This document shows positions 12,358-55,794 of a stretch of 64,000 nt of DNA, piece after piece. The stretch spans positions 496,001-560,000 of the forward strand of contig NIVC01000445.1 in the NCBI GenBank assembly GCA_002269645.1, given 5' to 3'. The first letter of the stretch is position 1. The number at the start of each line of letters is the position of its first letter. The position numbers and the translations under genes are program-made. Below the pieces are notes generated by a model. The model was not told where the DNA came from. It did no database searches and worked only from the letters and a program-made list of their open reading frames with translations. The DNA comes from Macrostomum lignano (Eukaryota).

Positions 12358-13936
12358 ATCATACAGTTTGGGCGCTAATTGGCCTGGCAAAAGGGTCGCC
12401 AGCAACAAAAGTGGTGCCACGGCAGCCAGCCGTGGTGACAGCGCAGCAGCAGCGATATGCATCCCGCCAAGCCCAAAGCAGTTATTGGGCGAATACTGAA
12501 AGTAATAATAGCTTTAAGGTGTCAAAACCTGTTAAAGGGTGCGTCATCATTTTTTCAGCACTGGGTGGGGGGCAAGTGGGTCCCATGCCCAACTAGCTAC
12601 ACCCCTGCTTCCAGCAAGATTAAACAAACTGGAATATGCATGCATTGGTATACAGTAGATTGGCAGAATTATTTGGAATACACGCTCCTTCATGGTTCAG
12701 TTCAGTTCGATCACAGTCTAGCTTGAAGCGTAAAACAGTTTCGGCATTCTTTTTGCGCTTGTGGGCCACGTACGAGCTATATTCGACCTAGATCCGTGAG
12801 ATAGATCGAGCGTCTGCACGAACTCGTATGCTAACTCGTAAGCCAAAGAGCGAATTTTGATTTAATATTGTTAATGAGCAAGCTCACTATCTGTAAGTGA
12901 GTACTTAAACGTCATTTGCATACACATAACCTGTAAAAAGGTTATATTACACATGCATGTAACATGTATTTAATACGAATAAAAATAAATATTGGATCAA
13001 CGTTTTCGTGCAGGCCTTAAAGGATTCTCACATTTTGATACAACTTTGATATAGTACTTCATTTTGATTCCTGATCCAAAAAATTCTTAATCCGTAATCT
13101 TTTCAAGCTTGAAATCCCTGAAAATTTCCGCTGGAAAAAGCTAATATATTGGTGTATATATGCGCCTTCTATACTAGGTACTGTGTACAGCGCAGAACTA
13201 GAACTACTCTTGCTCGGCATGGAATTGCAACCAAAAGCTGTCGTAGCGTAAGTTCGATAGTACGTCGGAACTTTTACACTGTGGGGATAGGATCTAAGAA
13301 CGATCTTATTTTAAGATGTCTTAGAACGGGCCCCTTAATATGTTTCGTCTCTTTACGGATGCAAAGTAAGAGCAAAAACAAAATCTAGGACTACAAATAC
13401 TAATGAGCTTTTCGTATGTCTTATTATTAACGTTAGAATAAGCATAAGATTTTAAAAATAATATTTTTGTCTTAAGTTAATATAAAATTAAAAAACGTGC
13501 AATTTCAAATGAAACGAAAGTAAACTGAACATGATTTTGTAAATCAGCAAGTGCAGTTGGGGTGAGCTAAATCAGTCAACCCACACCCAGTCACCGAATT
13601 ACCGTCGCCAACTGCTACGCTTAACTTCTGGTCTAAATAAAGTAAAGTTTAGCATAAGGGAGAAAAGAATAAACTATCTTTTTTAAGTTTTTAGCCCATC
13701 ACTGTTTCCATAATTCACTGTTACATCGTTCTCCAGGTTCTGTTCTGTTCTTGCTTACAGCTCACAATATTAAAATTAAAAACCTAAGTCATTATTACAT
13801 TATGACTTATGTGTGTATATAGCAGCAGTTATCATTCATCACTTATTATCAAAGGAATAGTTTTAACTTTTTATGTTTTACTTGATTACCAATATTTTTT
13901 GGTCAAAAAGATATTCTTTGTAACTTTATATTTAAA

Positions 13937-44746
<30,810 letters not shown>

Positions 44747-46364
44747 AGGCTTCTGTGCACTGATCCTGTGTATATACATGCCCTATTTGGATAGAAACTA
44801 ATGGAGTCGAGAGTTCTACCTTATACTGTCGCAGAGGCATTGACAATGCAATAACAATACATTGCAATACTGGCGCCTTTGGTGTTGTTCTTATTCATAA
44901 CACTTCCAAGTATTGATTATATTCTGTTATATGGTTGACGATTCTCCTCTGCTCTCTGTGTAACTATTGAACTTTTCCTCTATTTCTCTTTGCTTAAATT
45001 AGGTTTTAAAAACACTTGTATATCATAATGTACTCCGTTTGTTATTTAGTCAGTTAAATTGCTCTCTATTTTTGCTACTGCAAGTAATATTCTATTCTAT
45101 ATATCAATAATATATACGTTTTCTAGTCTGCATATTAGAAACAATTACATGCAATGCAAACAATATTCCATTTTTCTAACTAAAGAAAATAAAATAACCA
45201 GCTAATTTTGACTTTACTAATTTCTTTTTCAAAAATGATTCGCTTGTAACTACTAGCTATTCAGTTCAGTAGTATACAGAGCACTTAGTGTTATTTTTCT
45301 TTATCCATTGTCTATGGCTTTTAAGGCTTAGCTTAAGTTTTTATTTTCATTTATATTATCTCTAAGTAACAGCTAATTTTTCAACTCTTAGCTTGCATTT
45401 TCTGTAGCCTAAAAAGCGTTTTCAATTCATTACTTTGCTTTGGTTTAGTTATCACTGTATCGGAATTGCCAGCATGAAGTGGTTAGTTTGGTCGCTCAAA
45501 TTTGCACTGTTGGAGCTTAATTCTGTTAACACAGTAAATATACAAAGACAACAGTTTGCTTCTCCAACTCTGACTACTGGACTATCTGTTGCAGAGTCAT
45601 TTTTCTCACCTTATTGGCAAAGATCGCATTTAAATTGCTTTTAAATAGTAGTTACCGTCTTTCTCCTTTATTTGTTACTTTCAAACAATAGAAGGTCACT
45701 AAGTACATGTCTGAGAAGGTTTGGGATATTCGGTAATGAAACTACGCTCGTACAAGTGTGAATAGTACTCTACGTACTGTATATTGTCATTTCCAAGACC
45801 AACTCAACTCCAAAAGGAGCCAGGGCGTCAGTGAGAAGTCCTTTTGAATGTGAGAAACGAATAGTGTTCGTTCGTCTATCGTGAAGGTTCTACTTTAATA
45901 AGGGCTTTTTCAAGTTTCAAGATGATTCAAGGCTGATATAGAGTAGAGAGAGATATTGCTTGGAGATGCCTATTGCCTAGTCTGATGGGGGGGTTTCTGA
46001 GATGTCGATTACCAAGGGTCCAATGGTGTGTTGGATTTGGAGTGCCTGCGTACCGACCCTCTGCTATGTGTAGCGTCGCCAGTGTACACTTGGCGGTCCC
46101 CGTCTCAGAGTGTGTTGGGGTGGGGTTGATGTGCGTGAGGCGTTGATGAGTTAGAGAGTTGGAGAGAGAGAACATCGATTTAATTTAATATATATGCAAT
46201 AATTTAGCCACAGGGCTCATTTACCTGTTTTTTTGTTAAAGTCTAACCCTCAGATTTATTAGACTTAATTATTTCTTTAACATGGCGCCCGAACCAAAAT
46301 CACAGTAAAATCAAGCAGTGAGCGCAAGAGTGCTACAGTGACTCAGCGATTTTTCAACAACAGC

Positions 46365-49300
46365 ATGGACTCCAGGAAGAGAGGCGTGTTACGAGCGACG
46401 GTCACCAGACTGGCACAGAAAGCCGAAGACCTGCTCAAAACAGATGCTGCTGAAGATGAAATCGACAGCGTTCTAGAGGCTCTACGGTTCAAGAAGCAGC
46501 AGCTCCAAGCAGCAGATGAAGAGCTCGCCGCGGAGGTTGACGAGAAGGACGTGCAGGCTGAAGCAGAGACGACAATGGAGTACGACCTGCTGGCTGGCAA
46601 ATTGATCTCAAACCTCACCAGACGGCTCCAGGAGCTTCAGACCGCGCGGACCGGCACGCCGCAGGCAACAAATCTGCTGCAGAATACAGCCATACAGACG
46701 ACGACTTCGTCCAAGTCTTCGGAAGAGAATTCTTCAACGACAAGGACTCAGACTGCCATCAGGTTGCCAAAACTGCCGCCACCGTCATTCAGTGGCGATC
46801 GGACCCAATGGACGGAATTCTGGGACCGCTTCAACTCCAGTATCCATGACAACCCGAGCCTGAGTGTCGTCGACAAATTCAGCTACCTGCAGTCGTGTCT
46901 GTCTGGGGAAGCCCGAAACTCGATCGCTGGTCTCAACATCACGAAGGACAACTACCATATCGCCATCGACAACCTGCAACGACGATTTGGATCCCGCAAC
47001 GGAGCCGTGCGCGAGCACCTGGCAAAGTTCTCGGTGCTGACCTGCTCCAGTTCGTCGGCACAGCACCTGAGGAATTTCTACGACCAAGTCAATGGAAATG
47101 TCCGCAGTCTGACGAATCTCGGGGTGAGTGTCGAATCTTACGAATCCATGTTGCTGCCCAACTTGCTGGCGAAGCTGCCGGAAGTCGTTCGTCTCGGGAT
47201 GCTGAGAACTGCTCGGATTGCTTCCGTCGGTTATTCCTTTGGTAGCAGCTTGTCGCAGATGAAGGATGGCAATGGCTTAGATTCTGTGACGGAGTTTCTG
47301 CAGGTCTTGGAAATGGAGATTTTAGTCCGGGAGGAGGCGGCCGTTGGAGCTGCAGGGCAGACGTCCGGTTCCAATGGAGCGTCCAAGACTGCTGGTGAGA
47401 AACAGACAAGGGATGGCGGCACAGTGGCTGCGCTTCACACGAAGGTCAAAAAGGTCAGCACGGCTTGTCCCTTCTGCGAAACTGAACATGCTCCAGAGAA
47501 GTGCACTCGCCTGGTAGACGTTGCGGCACGACTCCAGTTTTTGAAGGAGCAGAGGCGTTGCTTCAGCTGTCTCTGCAAGGGACACAGCGTCAAGACCTGC
47601 TACCACAAGAAGCAATGTGAATTCTGCCAGATGAAGCATCACCCAAGTCTCTGTAGCGCACGCATGGAGAAGCTGCAGGGTAAGGATGGACCGAAGGCAC
47701 CCGGCTCCACACTTGGAAAGGTGGGAGAAGACCGGAAGAAGTCCGAGCAGGCTGCTGCACAGAATGTGAAGAGTCAAGAAGTGAAGACCATGGCTATGGT
47801 GACAAAAGCTCAAACAGTGATCCTTCCAACAGCGGGAGCTGTACTGATTTCGACTGTTAACAATCAGGAGACTCCGGTGCGAATTCTCTTTGACTCTGCA
47901 AGCAACCGTTCGTTCATCTTGACCAGCTTGGCTGAGAAGATGGGGCTCCAGGTCATGGGCAGAGAGACGATGGAGGTGACAACATTCGGTGGCACAGAGG
48001 CCAAGGTGCTGCAGACTGCGATGGTCGAGTTCAAGCTTCGGAAATCTGACAGCACCGCCCAGTTCACAGTGCGCGCCAACACAGTGCCTTACATCTGCTC
48101 TCATCAGCCAGTTGTCAGCAGCTTGTGCATGAAGCACTTTCAACACCTCGACATGGCAGACTGGGACATCGGTGGTGAACAGAATCCCGAGATCAGTATC
48201 CTCATCGGAGCTGACCAATTCTACGACCTCGTCACAGGTCAAGTGATTCGCTCAGAGGTCGGCTCCGGTCCAGTTGCCGTATCCAGTCAGCTCGGTTGGT
48301 TGCTGTGCGGGTCACTGTCAGATGGGATCGCCGCAAGTGAGCTAGAGACTAGGTCAGAGCAGGTTCTTCTCTGCTGTGCTCAAGGAGCGGAGAAAGGTCT
48401 GGACAGCAGCACCATCGAGGCGTTCTGGACTTTAGAAGGTCTCGGCATCAGAAGTGCAGCCGAGCCTGATCAGCGTCCACTGACTCTGAATGCCCAGTTC
48501 CAAGAGGGTCGCTACTCAGTTCAGCTGCCGTGGAAGATTCCCAAGAAGGAATTAAGATTGCCCGACAATTTTGAGGTAGCGTTCAAGAGACTAAAGAACA
48601 ATCTGACGAGGCTGCGTCGTGAGCCTGCGCTACTTCAGGAGTACCACCGCATTCTGACCAGTCAGAAGGAAGCTGGCGTAGTCGAAGAAGCTCCAGATGG
48701 GACCAGCGATCTCATCCACTACCTACCCCACCGAGCCGTAATCCGTCCTGAAGCTGAATCGACCAAAGTTCGAGTGGTTTTCGACGCGAGTGCCAAGCGA
48801 GATCAGTGCAGTCCATCGCTGAATGACTGTCTGGAAACAGGAACCTGTTCGTTGGCCGAGATTCCGCGACTGCTTCAGGCCTTTCGACTTCATCCGATCG
48901 CCTTGACTGCCGATATTGAGAAGGCTTTTTTGCAGATCCGAATTGCAGAAGACGATCGCGATGCTCTACGATTCCTCTGGCCACGGGATCCCAGTCAAGC
49001 TGATTCACCTCTCGTTGTTCTGCGCTACGCTGCTCTGGTGTTCGGACTCACCTGCTCACCTGCCGTCCTGGAGACTGTCATTCAACACCACTTGGCATCT
49101 CACCGAGGCCAGCATGCAGAGTTCGTGGATAAGGTGTCCAAAGAAATCTATGTGGACAACCTGATCTCTGGGTGCGTGGATGAACAGCAGGCCCTGGATC
49201 TCATCCAAAAATCCCGGCACATATTCCAACAGGCTGGAATGAATCTGCGACACTGGCAGTCCAACAGCAAGAATGTATTGAAAGCGGTTCGCGCCAGCAC

Positions 49301-50360
49301 ACTAGACAGTGATGTTCTTGCTCCGGCGTTGTCGGCGGTGACAAAGGACATCACGGAGGACCCCTCCAGCTATTCAGCCGCCTCCTTGGGCGAAGATGGC
49401 GTATCGTCAAAAGTCCTCGGGCTGCGATGGGAGACAGGATCGGACGTGTTCGTGCTGCAGTTTTCTCCGCCAGAAGATTTGCTCAAGGCGTCGCCCTCCA
49501 AGCGTGTCGTGCTACAGCTGCTGGCCCGTGTCTACGATCCTCTGGGCTTCCTGGTTCCGCTGCTTACGTTGCCGAAATCGATGTTCCAGAAGCTGTGCGT
49601 TGAAAAGATCGCTTGGGACTGCCCGCTAAAGGAGCCGATTAAGCAGCAGTGGCTGAAGTGGTTGCAGGAGATGCTGGCAGGTCGATTTCAAGTTCCAAGG
49701 TTGGTGCTTTCGGCGACGAAGGAGGTCGAGGAGATACAGCTGCATGGGTTCTGTGATGCGTCAATCAAATGCTATGCGGCGTGTCTTTACCTGCGAGTGC
49801 AGTACACCGATGGTTCCGTCAGCTGCAACCTGGTGGCCGCCAAGGCGAGAGTGGCTCCACTGTCGGTTCTTTCAATTCCTCGGCTCGAACTCCTGGGTGC
49901 CTTGATACTCGCCAGACTGTTGACATCATCCATGAGTCAGTATCCTCATGTTCGCCAGGTGTTTTGCTGGACAGACAGTGCCGACACGCTCTACTGGATC
50001 CGGCAGCACAGACCCTGGAAGCTCTTTGTTCATAATCGGGTGACGGAGATCCGCCGCCTGGTGCCAGAGGATGCCTGGAGACATGTCCCAGGCGAGGAGA
50101 ATCCGGCGGACGTTGCATCTCGAGGAACATCAGCGAGCAAGTTGAAGGCGGACGACAGCTGGTGGCACGGTCCAGACTGGCTGGCACGACCTCCTGACGA
50201 TTGGCCCGACCAATCCTTTCTCAGCTTACCGACAGCGGCAGTTGCCGAGGAGCAAAAGACACAAGTGAACCGTCCAGTTGTTCTGCTAACTGAAGCCGGT
50301 CCTGACATCAGTCTACAGAAGTTCTCAATGACACGAACTTCTCATCCTGGATCAAGCTGA
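46365..50360 (+). CDS. Bel/Pao gag-pol: gag (DUF1759, three CCHC knuckles), aspartic protease, reverse transcriptase, RNase H
   Basis: Motifs RLPKLPPPSFSGD..W..FWDRF; CPFC/CFSC/CEFC knuckles; ILFDSAS; YLPHRAV..TKVRVVFDAS; ADIEKAFLQI; YVDN; HGFCDAS. The first in-frame ATG is at 46365 (the ORF track starts at GTG 46338). Confidence 0.95.
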   Translation: MDSRKRGVLRATVTRLAQKAEDLLKTDAAEDEIDSVLEALRFKKQQLQAADEELAAEVDEKDVQAEAETTMEYDLLAGKLISNLTRRLQELQTARTGTPQATNLLQNTAIQTTTSSKSSEENSSTTRTQTAIRLPKLPPPSFSGDRTQWTEFWDRFNSSIHDNPSLSVVDKFSYLQSCLSGEARNSIAGLNITKDNYHIAIDNLQRRFGSRNGAVREHLAKFSVLTCSSSSAQHLRNFYDQVNGNVRSLTNLGVSVESYESMLLPNLLAKLPEVVRLGMLRTARIASVGYSFGSSLSQMKDGNGLDSVTEFLQVLEMEILVREEAAVGAAGQTSGSNGASKTAGEKQTRDGGTVAALHTKVKKVSTACPFCETEHAPEKCTRLVDVAARLQFLKEQRRCFSCLCKGHSVKTCYHKKQCEFCQMKHHPSLCSARMEKLQGKDGPKAPGSTLGKVGEDRKKSEQAAAQNVKSQEVKTMAMVTKAQTVILPTAGAVLISTVNNQETPVRILFDSASNRSFILTSLAEKMGLQVMGRETMEVTTFGGTEAKVLQTAMVEFKLRKSDSTAQFTVRANTVPYICSHQPVVSSLCMKHFQHLDMADWDIGGEQNPEISILIGADQFYDLVTGQVIRSEVGSGPVAVSSQLGWLLCGSLSDGIAASELETRSEQVLLCCAQGAEKGLDSSTIEAFWTLEGLGIRSAAEPDQRPLTLNAQFQEGRYSVQLPWKIPKKELRLPDNFEVAFKRLKNNLTRLRREPALLQEYHRILTSQKEAGVVEEAPDGTSDLIHYLPHRAVIRPEAESTKVRVVFDASAKRDQCSPSLNDCLETGTCSLAEIPRLLQAFRLHPIALTADIEKAFLQIRIAEDDRDALRFLWPRDPSQADSPLVVLRYAALVFGLTCSPAVLETVIQHHLASHRGQHAEFVDKVSKEIYVDNLISGCVDEQQALDLIQKSRHIFQQAGMNLRHWQSNSKNVLKAVRASTLDSDVLAPALSAVTKDITEDPSSYSAASLGEDGVSSKVLGLRWETGSDVFVLQFSPPEDLLKASPSKRVVLQLLARVYDPLGFLVPLLTLPKSMFQKLCVEKIAWDCPLKEPIKQQWLKWLQEMLAGRFQVPRLVLSATKEVEEIQLHGFCDASIKCYAACLYLRVQYTDGSVSCNLVAAKARVAPLSVLSIPRLELLGALILARLLTSSMSQYPHVRQVFCWTDSADTLYWIRQHRPWKLFVHNRVTEIRRLVPEDAWRHVPGEENPADVASRGTSASKLKADDSWWHGPDWLARPPDDWPDQSFLSLPTAAVAEEQKTQVNRPVVLLTEAGPDISLQKFSMTRTSHPGSS

Positions 50361-51814
50361 TTCGGGTGACAGCCTATGTCCTACGCTTCGTCAGAAACCT
50401 GCAAGCTAGAACTTCTGCAGCGGGGGAGGAGCGAGTGGGACCACTGGCTGCAGCAGAAGTCCTTGAAGTTGAAGAGCGCTGGCTGCGAGAAGTGCAGAGA
50501 CGGAGTTTTCAAGCCGAAATTGCTCACATTCAGGAGTCAGCGGCCAGTACAGATCTCAGCAGGCAGTTGAATCTTTTTCTCGACAACAAGAGTATTCTCC
50601 GAAGCCAAGGTCGATTGAAGGAGTCCAACGCCTCTGCCGAGGTTGACTGTCCGATTCTGATCCCGAGCAAGTCACACCTGGAGCTTCTTCTCATCTGGGA
50701 CGCTCACGCCAAGGTTCTGCACGGGGGAGTGCCCAGCACTCTTTGTAAGCTGCGAGAGAGATTCTGGCTAATCAGAGGAAGACAGCGAGTCAAGTCGATC
50801 CTGAGAAGTTGCTTTGTCTGCAGACGTCTTCAAGGACTACCATATGCAGTGAAGCAAATCCCAGCCTTACCTGAAGCACGCGTGAAGTCTGGGAGAGCCT
50901 TTGAGTGGTGCGGACTCGACTACTGCGGACCTGTCAAACTGATGGAGGACACAGAGATCGAGAAAGGCTATATCCTGGTTTTCACCTGTGCGGCCACGCG
51001 AGCCCTTCACCTGGAACTGGTGAGCGACTTGACGACCGAGACCTTCCTGCGAGCCCTCCGACGGTTCTGTGCTCGGAGAGGAATTCCCAATCTCATCAGT
51101 GACAACGCCAAGACATTCACCAAGGCTGCCAAAATACTTCAGGCGTCGGAGAGTCGACAAGTTCAAGACTTCTGCGCCACCAGGAAAATCACCTGGCAAT
51201 TCATCGTCGAACGCGCACCGTGGCAAGGAGGCTTCTGGGAGCGACTGATGAGGGACATCAAGCTGGCTTTGCGCAAGACCATCCTCAACGCAACCCTGAC
51301 GCTGGACGAACTGCGGACAGTGCTAATGGAGGTGGAAGCGGTGCTCAACAGTCGGCCTCTACTCTACGTGGATGCCGAAACCAACGGAGAAGTCCTGACG
51401 CCGGCGCACTTTCTGGTCCTGCAACGGCTGACGGCGGAGCCAACTTCTAGCGGTACGCCCGAGCTCCTGCTGCCGTTGCCAACACTGCTGAGGCGAATGC
51501 GCGCCAGACTGCAAGCCTTCTGGGACTGCTGGGAGCGACAGTATCTGACCAGCCTGCGAGAACATAATCTAAGTCCCAAGCATGGCGTAACTCGAGAAGC
51601 GACGGCCGGCGACATCGTCCTGGTGAAAGGTGAGGCCGGGCAGCCGAGGCTTACCTGGTGTACCGGTGTCATCGAGTCGGTGCATCCTGGCCGAGACGGG
51701 GCGGTGAGATCTGCAACGGTTCGAGTCGCGCCCAGACCTGGCCGCGGTCCCAGGAGATGCTTGATTCGCCGACCGGTGGAGAACCTGATTTTGCTGGAAG
51801 CTGTGACTGAATGA
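50310..51814 (+). CDS. Bel/Pao integrase portion of pol, in the -1 frame relative to gag-RT
   Basis: The frame opens at about 50310: TEVLNDTNFSSWIKLIRVTAYVLRF; HHCC zinc finger (H..HGG..CFVC); GLDYCGP, SDNAKTF, GGFWERL (DDE); FWDCWERQYL; C-terminal RRPVENLILLE. Confidence 0.93.
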
Positions 51815-52735
51815 ACTTAAGTAACTGACTTTCAATGACTGTTCTAATCGTTGTTTCGAGTTTCTGTTTAGTTTTAGTTCGCAGTAATTTTCACTCCCTT
51901 TCAATCTTACCTTTTGAGCTCCTTAGCGCTGATTGGATTTTTTTGAGTTTCGTTTTCCCTTTGTTCCTACTTTTTCGTTAACTCAGTACTCTGGTGATGG
52001 TGTGTCACATTTTTAGTCATCAAGTCTGTTGTAATGTTGGAGCGTTTTTTGTTGTTCATTTGTTTTTTGCTATTCGTTTCGTTTAATTTCATTTAAGTTA
52101 ATAGCGAGTTTCCTTTTTCGAATATCAATGTTAAGTACTGTAATGATGAAGCATCATTAGGGGGAGTGTGTTGGATTTGGAGTGCCTGCGTACCGACCCT
52201 CTGCTATGTGTAGCGTCGCCAGTGTACACTTGGCGGTCCCCGTCTCAGAGTGTGTTGGGGTGGGGTTGATGTGCGTGAGGCGTTGATGAGTTAGAGAGTT
52301 GGAGAGAGAGAACATCGATTTAATTTAATATATATGCAATAATTTAGCCACAGGGCTCATTTACCTGTTTTTTTGTTAAAGTCTAACCCTCAGATTTATT
52401 AGACTTAATTATTTCTTTAACAAATGGTAAATTGGGAGTTGGGAGTTATTGGTACGTCAAGCATCAAATGGAGATTTAGGGTTAGGCCGCGGCTTAATGG
52501 AAGGCTTTGATGCCAAAGCTCCAAGGGGATACTGACTGATCTGATAATGATATCTTAGGCCACGGCCTGACGGTACATATACGAGTACATAGTTAGGGAC
52601 TTTTTTCATAAAAAATAAACTCTTCTTTGTTGCCTCCCCAACGGGTCGAAGATAGCTTTGCTAGTTTGCAACTTTGAATTTTGGGAACTAAGCTGGCTGA
52701 CTCACTGACTGTCATTCTGTCAGTGGCGGACGGGT

Positions 52736-52861
52736 GGGGCGGGTGCTATTGCGTGCATGCCGGCTGGCCTGTGAGTGGGTGGTGGTGGGACTGTTGTTGG
52801 TTTTCTTTTAGAGAGCGGGGATAGAAAGTAGAGTTTACTTTAATGATAGTAGTGAGGGCGG
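52736..52861 (+). promoter_or_regulatory. GC boxes upstream of cyclin D (putative promoter)
   Basis: ggggcggg at 52736-52743 and gggcgg at 52856-52861, 310-440 bp before ATG 53172. Confidence 0.25.
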
Positions 52862-53171
52862 GTTGGGATTGGGAAGGGAACAAGGCTTAAAGGGTGGATG
52901 CGAGAAAGCCGAGAAACAGGAGGGTCGCGAGACACGCACGAATTAGAGCCTTTGCTGTTGTTAGTCATCTTTGTCCTCGCTAGAGGGGCGAGTGGCGGTG
53001 GAGGTGAAATAAGATCGGAGGAGAGAAGAGTGATGAAACGAGAGGCCTACGCATGCTTCGCTTATCGATCGCCCCGGGAAGCACCCACCCCCGCCTTCTG
53101 TACACTCCTGTACATTCCGCGAGTGGCGGAGGAATGTGGGAACTTGAACCCCCCCCCCCCCGGCGTAATTA

Positions 53172-55006
53172 ATGGGCCCTAGTTTTAAGACCGGCGGAAG
53201 GGCTCCAGTCCAGTTTACTGGACAAACTAAATACGACTTGGACTTCCGATTCCGAGCTGCTATGCTATCCAATGCTCCAGTCGCTGTGCCCTATGGCTAC
53301 GATCCTGTTTTGTATAACGATCCAGCAATTCTGGAGGACTTGCTGCAGACGCAGGGCCACTACGCGCCGCATCCGTTCTATTGTCCGGACATCCAGCCAA
53401 ACATTGAATTTGAAATGCGTCGGATTATAGTTGAGTGGCTTCGCGATGTAAGTGTACATTTCTTTTACTATTGATATTATTATACATCAATTTAATTATT
53501 TGTACCAAAACTTATTATAATTATTAACAAAACACACCCTTCAATGTCGCCCAGGTGTGTACAGATGCGAACTTTCTGGAAGGCTTGCCCAATTCAGTTC
53601 AAATGTTGGACCGCTATCTCAGCAAACCCGTGGCCAAGCCGGATCCCAACGATTTGCAATTGCTAGCGGCGGCTTGCATGTTTATTACTAGCAAGATTAA
53701 AGCTGTTGAACCAATGAGCGCAGCGACTGTGGTCTCTTATACCGATAATTTTATTGAGCTCGAACAGTTGCTGGTGAGTCTGTTTACTCTCTGTTCTACT
53801 CTGAGTCTGTACTTTACTGAAGGAGCTACCTGTCCACTAAAGGACCCGTTGGATAGGGGTTTGCAGCCCACTGAAGGACCCGTTGGATAGGGGTTTGCAG
53901 CCCACTGAAGGACCCGTTGGATAGGGGGTTGCAGCCCACTGAAGGACCCGTTGGATAGGGGTTTGCAGCCCACTGAAGGACCCGTTGGATAGGGGTTTGC
54001 AGCCCACTAAAGGACCCGTTGGATAGGGGGTTGCAGTCCACTGAAGGACCCGTTGGATAGGGGGTTGCAGCCCACTGAAGGACCCGTTGGATAGGGGGTT
54101 GCAGTCCACTGAAGGACCCGTTGGATAGGGGGTTGCAGCCCACTGAAGGACCCGTTGGATAGGGGGTTGCAGCCCACTGAAGGACCCGTTGGATAGGGGT
54201 TTGCAGCCCACTGAAGGACTTGTTAGACAGTTGGTTGTCATTAACAGTAACAGTTCACTTTTACATATCGCATTATTTTTTTCAAAAAATGAATTGTTGC
54301 CAATTGCAGATCGTGGAGCTGCACATAGCCAAGGCTCTGGATTGGGATCTTGTCGGTGTCACAGTTTACGACGTGACCTTCACCCTCATCCGCTACCTGC
54401 AGCGCGACCTCGTCATTGGCGAGTTGGAGGCGGGCCTCCTGCTAGGACAGGCCCAGCTCTGCCTCATGGCTTTCCTGCTCGGTGCGCTTGCGATGACCGA
54501 TGGGATGACGAGGGGATTGACAGAATGGGGTTGGGATTCTATGGGATTACTGGGATTCGCAACTCAATGATAGGGAATTTTAGCTTTGCAAATTAAAATC
54601 GCTAGCCAGCCACATGTTCACCTGCTAGCATTTTTATTTAAATATCGTCCCACATTGATCTATCCAACCTTGCAGATCACGAGTCGCTGCGCTACCCTGT
54701 GTCACACCTGGCCGCCGCCTCGGTTCACTACCTGGCCTGGCGAGAGCTTAATCTGTCTCAGTACGATTTGCTCTCTATTGAGCAGCGGCTGCTCAAACTG
54801 ATGCACGTTGACCCGGTGAGTTAATCGTTTTTAAAACAGTTATTGTGTAATGTTCATTCTACGCTACTTTTAAGTAGCGTAAGTGCAATTTCCGGTAGTA
54901 TTGTAGTTTGGTAAGTTTTTTATCTATCTATTTATCTATCTATTTATCTATCTATCTGTCTATCTATCTATCTATCTATCTATCTGTCTGTCTATCTGTC
55001 TATCTG

Positions 55007-55063
<57 letters not shown>

Positions 55064-55115
55064 TTATCTATCTATCTGTCTATCTATCTATCTATCTGTT
55101 TAATCTGTCTATCTG

Positions 55116-55150
<35 letters not shown>

Positions 55151-55292
55151 ATCTGTCTATCTATCTATCTATCTATCTGTCTATCTGTCTATCTATCTGT
55201 CATCTATCTATCTATCTTTCTATCTGTCTATCTATCTATCTATCTGTCTATCTGTCTATCTATCTATCTGTCTATCTAGGCCTATCTATCTG

Positions 55293-55327
<35 letters not shown>

Positions 55328-55328
55328 G

Positions 55329-55359
<31 letters not shown>

Positions 55360-55360
55360 G

Positions 55361-55403
<43 letters not shown>

Positions 55404-55421
55404 GTTTAATCTGTCTATCTG

Positions 55422-55488
<67 letters not shown>

Positions 55489-55638
55489 ATCTGTCTATCT
55501 ATCTATCTATCTATCTGTCTATCTGTCTATCTGTCTATCTATCTGTCATCTATCTATCTATCTTTCTATCTGTCTATCTATCTATCTATCTGTCTATCTG
55601 TCTATCTATCTATCTGTCTATCTAGGCCTATCTATCTG

Positions 55639-55693
<55 letters not shown>

Positions 55694-55711
55694 GTTTAAT
55701 CTGTCTATCTG

Positions 55712-55746
<35 letters not shown>

Positions 55747-55755
55747 ATCTGTCTG

Positions 55756-55794
<39 letters not shown>

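Larger units (their letters stand above)
46027..52422 (+). mobile_element. Full-length Bel/Pao LTR retrotransposon, 6396 bp
   Basis: 256-bp TG..CA LTRs at 46027-46282 and 52167-52422 with no difference seen. 5-bp TSD aatgg at 46022-46026 and 52423-52427. PBS tggcgcccgaac (46283-46294, tRNA-Lys(UUU) type). PPT tagggggag precedes the 3' LTR. Confidence 0.97.

Noticed and set aside
50300-50366. Programmed ribosomal frameshift in Bel/Pao pol
   Set aside because: No slippery heptamer or evident downstream structure, and the position between RNase H and integrase is atypical; an indel is simpler.
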